Shown here one piece after another: positions 1 to 8,943 of a stretch of 23,019 nucleotides of DNA (positions are counted from its first letter, which is position 1; every line of letters begins with the position of its first letter). Location: NCBI GenBank assembly GCA_040752415.1, contig JBFMGU010000171.1:1-23019 (forward strand), read 5' to 3'. This stretch comes from Myxococcota bacterium (GTDB lineage Bacteria > Myxococcota > JACRCW01). The notes below the pieces were generated by a model. That model was not told the origin of the DNA. It did no database searches and worked only from the letters and a program-made list of their open reading frames with translations. The position numbers and the translations under genes were made by a program.

Positions 1-13
1 GCTCTTCCGATCT
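1..13 (+). other. Illumina TruSeq-type adapter remnant (GCTCTTCCGATCT); not biological
   Basis: The first 13 nt exactly match the shared 3' end of the Illumina TruSeq read primers and sit at the contig edge. Confidence 0.93.
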
Positions 14-162
14 CTTCATGCCGCAGTCCGAAAGGGTGCGGGCACCGCTCCGATTCGTGAGATTGCGAAGCCCGCACCCGTGCCACGTCGGGAAACGTGC
101 CGGCCTGTCCACGAGAGCGAACGCTGCCGGCACTTTCGGACTGCGGCATGAAGTGCCGCTTT
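14..162. repeat. REP-like inverted repeat pair (left arm truncated by the contig edge) enclosing two inner hairpins
   Basis: 14-34 CTTCATGCCGCAGTCCGAAAG is the perfect reverse complement of 133-153. Inner inverted repeats lie at 34-43/70-79 (GGGTGCGGGC/GCCCGCACCC) and 97-104/126-133 (GTGCCGGC/GCCGGCAC). Unit 133-162 matches 1406-1435 at 24/30 nt. Confidence 0.75.
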
Positions 163-338
163 CGCTCGGACCAGCGGGGCGGCCTCTGCCAGACGGAGGC
201 CAAGCGGCGTGACAACTTCAACGGGAACCACTGTAAGCCTGGTTTCGCGCATTGCTTGCAGCTGCCCGGTCCAGCCGATGCGACCTTGTCACAGTCGGCA
301 GCCCGCTCATAGAAGGCCGCTACTCATCGGAGGGTTCG

Positions 339-1280
339 TTGGCCTTCACAAAGCTCCTTGTCGTCGCGATGCTCATGATCTCAGCATCCGAATCGCTGGC
401 CGCGGAGGAGGCGAGCGCCGCACCGTCCCGGGACGTGGCACCGGAGAACCAGCCGCACGGCGACGAAGTTGCACTACCGCAACGCGCGCCGGACGAGGAC
501 CCTGCGGTTGCGCAAGGTAACGCCGCGACCAGCCGGGATGAAGCCGCGTCATCTGAGGAGGGTGACAACGGGCCGGCAATGTGGAGCCTCGCCTCACGCC
601 CGTTGATCGACCTGGCGCCGGGCATGACCGCTGGACTGACGGCGATGGTGCTGGGCAGCGTCCTGCATCTTGGCGCGCTCTACGGGTTGTTCAGTGTCGT
701 CTACACGCTGCTTCTCACCGCGCGCACGCCCGCGCCACGTGTGCCGCAGCAGCCGCTCATCGTCGCCCTGGCTGCGCTCTCCACTTGCTTCTGCGGCCTG
801 CCTTCCCTGGCTGTCCTGGCGCCGTTGTGGGAGTACACCGCGTTCATTGCCGGGTCTTCCGCAGGTGGCGCCGTCAACTTCTTCCGTGCCATCCGCGGCG
901 GTACCGGGTCCCCGAGGGCCCATTTGGTACGCGCGGCCTCGGTCCCGCTATTCGCAACGTTGGCTGGTGCCGCGCCTCTGCTGCTGGGCTGGCCTCTTGC
1001 TGTAGGCGCGCTGGCCATCTTCCTTCCGGGGCTGCTTTTCGGCGTGTCGCTGGGTGATGCGCTGCGGCTGAACGAACCGGGAAGGTTGATCCTGGAGCAC
1101 TCCGCGCTTGTCGTCGGAATGACCGGTGTGGGGCTCATGCTGCTTGGAGCCGCCGTGGTGCGACCCGCGCTGTACATCCTGTTGCGCAATGGCGCGGTCA
1201 CTGTGGACCGGATGGTGCGACACCGCCCGTGGCCCGTGGACAACCGCGCCTCGGTCGACGAGGTCTCCGAGCTGGATTGA
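339..1280 (+). CDS. Hypothetical multi-pass membrane protein with N-terminal signal-like segment and acidic linker
   Basis: Within ORF 252..1280. TTG at 339 lies 5 nt after GGAGG (329-333) and gives MAFTKLLVVAMLMISASESLA-AEE. An acidic linker and several hydrophobic helices follow. It uses more A/T-ending codons than neighbouring genes. Confidence 0.7.
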   Translation: MAFTKLLVVAMLMISASESLAAEEASAAPSRDVAPENQPHGDEVALPQRAPDEDPAVAQGNAATSRDEAASSEEGDNGPAMWSLASRPLIDLAPGMTAGLTAMVLGSVLHLGALYGLFSVVYTLLLTARTPAPRVPQQPLIVALAALSTCFCGLPSLAVLAPLWEYTAFIAGSSAGGAVNFFRAIRGGTGSPRAHLVRAASVPLFATLAGAAPLLLGWPLAVGALAIFLPGLLFGVSLGDALRLNEPGRLILEHSALVVGMTGVGLMLLGAAVVRPALYILLRNGAVTVDRMVRHRPWPVDNRASVDEVSELD

Positions 1281-1294
1281 GTGCGCCTCGCAAC

Positions 1295-1377
1295 GGTTCC
1301 CGTTGAAGTGGTCATTGTCTGGCAGGATGCGCCGCGTTGGTCCGAGCGGTACTTCAACGGAGTGCCACGCGCAGTCC
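1295..1377 (-). repeat. Diverged inverted copy of the 138-229 repeat unit
   Basis: The reverse complement reads GGACTGCG...TGAAGTACCGCTCGGACCAACGCGGCG..CTGCCAGAC..TGACCACTTCAACGGGAACC, versus GGACTGCGGCATGAAGTGCCGCT..CTCGGACCAGCGGGGCG..CTGCCAGAC..TGACAACTTCAACGGGAACC at 138-229 (last block 19/20 identical). It also has its own 10-bp IR at 1300-1309/1351-1360. Confidence 0.8.
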
Positions 1378-1613
1378 TTCCGTCGTTGCCGCCGCGGGCG
1401 CAGCCCTTTGGGAGTGCGGTCTGAAATACCGCTTTGGTTCGGCTCCGTCGGCGATGGGATGCACCGCCGCAAGCTGCGTGGCGACGCACACGTCGTGGGG
1501 CGGGGTCAGCAGGGAGAAGCGCTCCACCGAGGAGCCGAACCAAAGCGGTATTTCAGACCGCACTCCCAGAGGGCTGCGCCCGCGGCGGCAACGACGGAAG
1601 GACTGCGTGTGGC
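1364..1613. repeat. REPIN-like long inverted repeat: 83-bp arms (1364-1446, 1531-1613), 84-nt spacer
   Basis: 81 of 83 positions are complementary. Each arm contains a GGAGTGCGGT-CTGAAAT-ACCGCTTT hairpin unit. It lies between two convergent genes. Confidence 0.95.
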
Positions 1614-1695
1614 GCCGCCACGACCGACTGTCATGCCTCTGCGCCAGGCCTTGGCCGCTACGACGACCCCACGGGTTTGACGGGACCCTCGCGCT

Positions 1696-2823
1696 TCACG
1701 GCAGCGGGTGCGCCTCGAAGAAGTCCAACAGGTAATCCGTCGCGGAGATGTCCTCCGTGGTGTGGCCCAGCAGCGGAATGGAATTCCCTCCTGGCCACTG
1801 GTGACCGCCGCCGTCGATGGTGCACAACTCCACCACCGCGTTGTCGGAGCAACCCGTGTACGCGCGACACGTCACATCACCCTGCTGGTAGGTCACTTCC
1901 GTCGACGTGGAACAGCCGTTCACGTCGGCCCACGCGCTGGTCACCTCCTCCGCGCCGTTCACCCCATCAATGCCGTACTGGTAGCTGACAATCGTGTCGC
2001 TGGTGCCGTGGAAGTGCAGGATGGGCGTGGCGCGTGACGGCGTGCAGGGCGACACCACGACGAGCCCCGAGATGGACGCAATGGCCGCAAACGTCTCCGA
2101 GTGCTCACACGCCAGCCGGTACGAGAAGTGGCCGCCGTTGGAAAGGCCCGTGGAATAGACGCGCTTGGGATCAATGCACAGCGACTGCTGCACGTGCTCC
2201 AGGATCGCCAGCGTGAATCCCACGTCGTCAACCTGGTTGGTGTAGGCGGAGCCGCAGCAGTTGCCCGCGTTCCAGCTCATGCCCGTTCCCTCCGGGGTGA
2301 CCACCACGAATCCGCGGGCGTCGGAGCGCTCGTTCATCCCGCTCAGGTACTTCTGCACGCCCGCCGTGGTGTTCAGTCCGTGGAAGTTGAAGACGAGCAT
2401 GGCGCCGGAAGCCGGCCGCTGTGCGTACGACTCGGGGATGTGCAGGTGGTACTTGCGTGCCGTTCCGTCGTGGGTGAGGTCGCATTCAAACTCGCCGCCG
2501 CCTTCGTCGGTGCATCCGGGGACCACGCCGCTTCCGCAGGCCCCACCTCCGCTGCTGCTTGACGACGAGCTGGTGCTGGAAGCGCTCGTGCTGGTCGCGC
2601 TCGCGGTGCCGCTGGTGGAAGCGGCAGACGACGAGCTCACGGACGCGGAGGTGCTGGTGCTCCCGGTGCCGGTGCCCGCGTCGTCCTGACCGGAAGCTCC
2701 CGCGTCCGCGGGGACACCGCCCGTTGACGTGTTGTGCGTTTCCCCCGACGGATCCTCCGGGCCTTGACAGCCGAGGCTCAACAAGACCCCCAGAACCGCT
2801 GCGATTCTCACGCGTGCGACCAT
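1696..2823 (-). CDS. Lipoprotein alpha/beta-hydrolase, LpqC / PHB depolymerase family esterase
   Basis: This is the C-terminal part of ORF 1696..4989. It has a lipobox (LLSLG-C), a Ser/Thr-rich linker, and the motifs FNFHGL, WNAGNCCG, IDPKRVYSTGLSNGG (nucleophile elbow), HGTSDTIV (Asp) and GGGHQWPG (His). The start at ATG 2823 is an estimate. Confidence 0.88.
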   Translation of the reverse strand: MVARVRIAAVLGVLLSLGCQGPEDPSGETHNTSTGGVPADAGASGQDDAGTGTGSTSTSASVSSSSAASTSGTASATSTSASSTSSSSSSSGGGACGSGVVPGCTDEGGGEFECDLTHDGTARKYHLHIPESYAQRPASGAMLVFNFHGLNTTAGVQKYLSGMNERSDARGFVVVTPEGTGMSWNAGNCCGSAYTNQVDDVGFTLAILEHVQQSLCIDPKRVYSTGLSNGGHFSYRLACEHSETFAAIASISGLVVVSPCTPSRATPILHFHGTSDTIVSYQYGIDGVNGAEEVTSAWADVNGCSTSTEVTYQQGDVTCRAYTGCSDNAVVELCTIDGGGHQWPGGNSIPLLGHTTEDISATDYLLDFFEAHPLP

Positions 2824-2982
2824 GCGGGGAGGCGTATCGGTCGGCGCGCCTGGAACGAGCATCGGACAGGCGGCGAGGTCCGCTTCCTGTCGGAGCCGAC
2901 GTGCACGTGGGACGGGCTCCGGCCTTGCGCCCTCGTCCCCTGCCGGCCATAGAACGCGCCGTCCTTTGCCAGGAGGTCCAAC

Positions 2983-5046
<2,064 letters not shown>

Positions 5047-5341
5047 CGGGCCTCACTCACAGGCCGCCACGCGCACCACCGCCAACTCCTGGACATTCCC
5101 CCATGAACAGGCCCACGTGACGTCGCCATTGGCGTGCGTGGCACAGTCATCCTTCCACACGGAGCCCACGTTTCACGGCTCCGCGCAACCAGGTCGACGG
5201 GTGAGGCGTACCGACCCGTGTGGCCAGGTGCGGCTCCTCCTGACTCTCCAAGCGTCGCGGCTCCCGGCACGTCGTGTCCCATGAACATGTGACGTCCTCG
5301 TTGAGAGACCTCATGCCTCGGGAAGAGCGCGTCTCCAACGG

Positions 5342-5370
5342 TTGACGTCGCCAATTCACGGACCTACACG
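5342..5370 (+). promoter_or_regulatory. Putative sigma70-type promoter for the diheme lipoprotein gene
   Basis: TTGACG (5342-5347), a 17-nt spacer, then TACACG (5365-5370), about 75 nt upstream of ATG 5444. Confidence 0.4.
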
Positions 5371-5443
5371 CCCGACCGGGGGTAGGGGCCTACCCAGCTT
5401 TATCCAACGTTCCTCCGCAGGGTCGCGGAGGGGGAGCAATCCA

Positions 5444-8400
5444 ATGCGCAGTGTCTTGAAGCCGTCGCTCGGCGTGGTCGTGGTGTCCGCGCTGCTGGCC
5501 GGCTGTCCGCCCACCACCACGGGCGGCACCACCGACACCACCACGTCCACCGCCACCGCGACGTCGTCATCCTCGTCGTCGTCCAGTTCATCGTCGGGGG
5601 CGTCCACCTCAACATCGTCGTCGTCATCCTCCAGCTCGTCGTCGGGTTCCACCAGCACGAGCAGCAGCTCCTCCAGCTCCAGCAGCTCCAGCAGCACGTC
5701 CAGCTCCAGCACCGGTGGCCCGCCTACCTGCGACGAGTACTGCACCACCATCCAGGCCAACTGCCAGGGCGGCAACGCGCAGTACCCCTCGCAGCAGTTC
5801 TGCCTGGATGCGTGCGCGCTGATCGCCAACACCGGCGTGCGCGACGAGACCAGCGGCAACACGCTCGGCTGCCGGCTGTACCACGCGGGCGCCAGCGCCG
5901 ATGATCCGCAGACGCACTGCCCGCACGCCGGTCCCGAGGGTGGCAACGTGTGCGGCACGCCGTGCGAGCACTATTGTGACGTCGTGGAGACCGCCTGCGT
6001 GGAAGGCCTGGCGCTCTACCCCAACCGCGAGGACTGCCTGGCCGCGTGCAGCAGCTTCGGCCAGGACGGCGCGCCTTCCGCCACCAGCGGCGACTCGGTG
6101 CAGTGCCGCAGCTACCACGGCACCGTGGCCAGCCTCTCCGAGGCCAATGCGCAGACGCACTGCCCGCACGCCGGCACCAACAGTGCCACGTGCAACGCGG
6201 GTGGCGGCCCCGTCGACGCGGGACAGCCCACTGACGCCGGCCCGGTGTGCAACCCGGAGAGCCCGGTGTGCACGCCCGCCTGCGGCGCCAACGACTTCTG
6301 CGACACCGACTGCACCTGCCAGCCGGTTCCCGTCGTCACGCTGCTGCCCCGCGCCAGCAGCTCCACCACCGTGGACATCAACGCGGATGACACGCTGGTG
6401 GCGGTGGCCAACCGCGACCACGGCAGCGTCTCCATCTTCAACGCGTCCACCAACACGCTCATCAACCGCATCGACGGGTTCGTCGATCCGCGCGGCGTGG
6501 CCTTCCACCCGGACACCACCACGCTCTACGTCTCCGACCGCGACGGCATCACCAAGCTCACCGACGTGGGCACCGTGAGCCCCGCGCCCGGTCAGACCGC
6601 GCTGGATGGCGTGTGCGCCGAGCCGCAGGGCATTGCGCTCTCTCCGGCGGGCAACAGCCTCTACGTGGCGTGCCTCGACGGTTACGTCGTCATGGTGGAT
6701 GCGGTGGCCCTGACCGTCACCACCACCACCGACCTGCGCGGTGCCAACGCCACCGGTGGCGCGCTCCCGCTCAACGCCGCGGCCATGGCCATTGCGGTCA
6801 CCAACGACGGTGATGCCGACGAGACCGACGAGACCGTGGTGGTCCCGCTCTTCTACTACGAGCGCGTGGCCATCAACACCGCCACCGACGCCGACCTCGG
6901 TGGCCTGGGCGTGGTGGCGTTGCTCGACGACACCGCGGCCGTCGTGAACCGCATCAACATCCAGCCCACGGCGGACACGGGCTTTGGCACCGGTGCGTTC
7001 TTCAACCAGCTCTCCGGCGTCTGGGTGCAGGAAGGCAAGGCGTTCATCCTCGCGCTCGCCGCTTCTCCCAAGGGCCCGCCGGGACCGGGCGCGGCCAACC
7101 CCGACGCTGGCGTGCCGGCCGCGGGTGGTCAGAACACGTTCCCGTACCTGCTCAACATCGACCTGGCCACGGCGGCGGAGGACGCGGAGAACCACATCAA
7201 CCTCAACCGCGAGATGCTCAAGGAGGCCGGCACCATCCGCTTCATGTCCGTGCTCTCCGGCGTGGCGTTCGTGCCGGGCACGCGCATTGGCTACCTCACC
7301 AGCTCCGCCTCCGACGCCATGGTGCGCATCAAGCTCGGCACCGACTTCGAGCTGGTGGACTTTGGCAGCACGCTCTCCAACTTCATTGCGTTGGACCAGA
7401 TGCCCAGCGGACTCACCATCAGCCACGGCAGCCTGGGCGTACGCGCGTACGTCAACAACGAGGTCGCGCGGAAGGTGCAGGTGGTGACCTTCTCCAGCCA
7501 GAGCGTGACGGCCACGGTGGAATCCGCTCCGCTTCCCGTCGACACGCTCGAGGAGCAGATGCGCAAGGGCAAGCGCTTCTACGTCACCAGCACCGGTCGC
7601 TGGGGCAACAACGGCATGGTGGGCTGCCTGGCCTGCCACCCCGGCAACGGCGCGCTGAGTGACAACGTCACCTGGTACTTCGCCGCGGGTCCGCGCCAGA
7701 CGGTGGCCATGGACAGCGACTACGGCAAGGTGGGCGACGTGGAGACGGGCGCTCCGGATCCCGCCAACCAGCGCGCGCTCAACTGGACCGCCATCTTCGA
7801 CGAGATGCACGACTTCGAGCTCAACACGCGCGGCGTCTCCGCGGGCGTGGGCGCGATTGTCAGCGCGGACGCCCTGGCCAACAGCAGCCGCATCAACCTG
7901 GCCAACGCGGGCCCGGACGGCGGGCCGGCCCAGTTCCTGCGCAACTCCACCGCGACCATCGTCGACGACGTGTCCACGCACAAGGAATGGAATGACATCG
8001 AGAAGTTCGTGATGGGCATTCCCTCGCCGAATGCGGGGAGCAGCAACACGGTGGGCGGCCAGCAGCAGGCGGCCATCGCCAGGGGTCGTACCCTGTTCAA
8101 TGACGGCAACTGCCAGCTGTGTCACGGCGGCAGCAAGTGGACGGTGAGCCGCGTTCCGTACGACCCGCGCGACGACACCGGTGGTCGGTTTGCCGCGGAG
8201 CGTGCGCGCACCACCAGCTATGCCGCCGGCGCGTTGTCCGCGTTCAACACCGACACCACCGTGGTTGCCGGCGACGACACCGCCGACAATCCCGACGCCG
8301 GCATCAGCGTGACGCCCAAGCTGGACCGCCTGGCGTGCAACCTGCGCAACGTGGGGACGTACCAGGCGGGACCGCTGGAGGTGCGGCAGAACATGGCGGC

Positions 8401-8683
8401 CAACAACCCCGCGCAGGGCGCCCGGGGCTTCAACCCGCCGTCGCTGCTGGGCGTGCGTTATGGCGCGCCGTACCTGCACAACGGCTCCGTGGCCACGCTG
8501 ACGGAGCTGTTCGGCTCGGCCTACGACGCGCACACCACGGCGGGGAACGTGAACTTCCTGGCCAACGCGCAGACGCGTGACGCGGACGTGGCGGACCTGG
8601 TGGTGTTCCTCGAGTCCATCGACGACACCACGCCGGTCTTTGCCATCCCCGCCGGCGCGGACATCTGTCCCACGGTCCCGTGA
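5444..8683 (+). CDS. Large lipoprotein: Ser-rich linker, two Cys/His repeats, YVTN-like beta-propeller, C-terminal diheme cytochrome c peroxidase/MauG-like domain
   Basis: GGGGAG RBS before ATG 5444 and lipobox LLAG-C. Propeller blades include VAVANRDHGSVSIF, PRGVAFHPD and PQGIALSPAGNSLYVA. Heme motifs are CLACH (7625-7639) and CQLCH (8111-8125). PPSLLGVRYGAPYLHNGS resembles the CCP/MauG signature. Confidence 0.88.
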   Translation: MRSVLKPSLGVVVVSALLAGCPPTTTGGTTDTTTSTATATSSSSSSSSSSSGASTSTSSSSSSSSSSGSTSTSSSSSSSSSSSSTSSSSTGGPPTCDEYCTTIQANCQGGNAQYPSQQFCLDACALIANTGVRDETSGNTLGCRLYHAGASADDPQTHCPHAGPEGGNVCGTPCEHYCDVVETACVEGLALYPNREDCLAACSSFGQDGAPSATSGDSVQCRSYHGTVASLSEANAQTHCPHAGTNSATCNAGGGPVDAGQPTDAGPVCNPESPVCTPACGANDFCDTDCTCQPVPVVTLLPRASSSTTVDINADDTLVAVANRDHGSVSIFNASTNTLINRIDGFVDPRGVAFHPDTTTLYVSDRDGITKLTDVGTVSPAPGQTALDGVCAEPQGIALSPAGNSLYVACLDGYVVMVDAVALTVTTTTDLRGANATGGALPLNAAAMAIAVTNDGDADETDETVVVPLFYYERVAINTATDADLGGLGVVALLDDTAAVVNRINIQPTADTGFGTGAFFNQLSGVWVQEGKAFILALAASPKGPPGPGAANPDAGVPAAGGQNTFPYLLNIDLATAAEDAENHINLNREMLKEAGTIRFMSVLSGVAFVPGTRIGYLTSSASDAMVRIKLGTDFELVDFGSTLSNFIALDQMPSGLTISHGSLGVRAYVNNEVARKVQVVTFSSQSVTATVESAPLPVDTLEEQMRKGKRFYVTSTGRWGNNGMVGCLACHPGNGALSDNVTWYFAAGPRQTVAMDSDYGKVGDVETGAPDPANQRALNWTAIFDEMHDFELNTRGVSAGVGAIVSADALANSSRINLANAGPDGGPAQFLRNSTATIVDDVSTHKEWNDIEKFVMGIPSPNAGSSNTVGGQQQAAIARGRTLFNDGNCQLCHGGSKWTVSRVPYDPRDDTGGRFAAERARTTSYAAGALSAFNTDTTVVAGDDTADNPDAGISVTPKLDRLACNLRNVGTYQAGPLEVRQNMAANNPAQGARGFNPPSLLGVRYGAPYLHNGSVATLTELFGSAYDAHTTAGNVNFLANAQTRDADVADLVVFLESIDDTTPVFAIPAGADICPTVP

Positions 8684-8689
8684 TGCATC

Positions 8690-8730
8690 CGGGCGGGCGC
8701 CTGCCTCTCTTCGCGGGCGCCCGCCCGTTT
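8690..8730 (+). terminator. Putative intrinsic terminator
   Basis: 15-bp GC-rich stem 8690-8704/8713-8727 (one G-U pair), 8-nt loop and a short TTT tail, starting 6 nt after the stop codon. Confidence 0.6.
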
Positions 8731-8766
8731 CCCACTCGCTCCTTGGCGTCCCAGGGCTGACAGCGG

Positions 8767-8846
8767 TTCCGCCGAAGCCTCGACCTGTGGCGCGGACCAT
8801 TCCTGTCTGCGATTCCGCGCGAAGCCTCGGTCAGTGGCGCGGACCA
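8767..8846. repeat. Imperfect tandem direct repeat, 2 x 33-34 nt
   Basis: TTCCGC-CGAAGCCTCGACCTGTGGCGCGGACCA (8767-8799) versus TTCCGCGCGAAGCCTCGGTCAGTGGCGCGGACCA (8813-8846): 3 substitutions and 1 indel. Confidence 0.8.
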
Positions 8847-8943
8847 CGCTGCTTCTTCGTCGCCACCGCTTGCTCCACCGGGGCCGGGGGCGCGAACATT
8901 CCCGCGCGCGGGCGTCCGGTGCTCATCCGTGACGGAGGTTCCC

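Noticed and set aside
1281..1695. Integron attC site or retron msr-msd
   Set aside because: No RYYYAAC...GTTRRRY boundaries were found, and there is no integrase or reverse transcriptase in the window. A REP/REPIN-like reading fits better.
1614..1695. Possible third, highly decayed copy of the 163-229 tail (GCCTCTG..CCAG, TTTGACGGGACCC)
   Set aside because: The matches are too short to separate from chance in GC-rich DNA without an alignment statistic.
1337..1735. Small ORFs across the long inverted repeat (for example 1337..1735 + and 1354..1563 -)
   Set aside because: The same peptides appear on both strands purely because of the palindrome. There is no RBS or codon-bias support.
5624..8800. 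1058-aa minus-strand ORF
   Set aside because: Antisense shadow of the diheme lipoprotein. It is Arg/Gly/Val/His-rich with no recognisable motifs.
8767..8846. Possible mini CRISPR array
   Set aside because: Only two imperfect copies, a 13-nt gap, and no cas genes.
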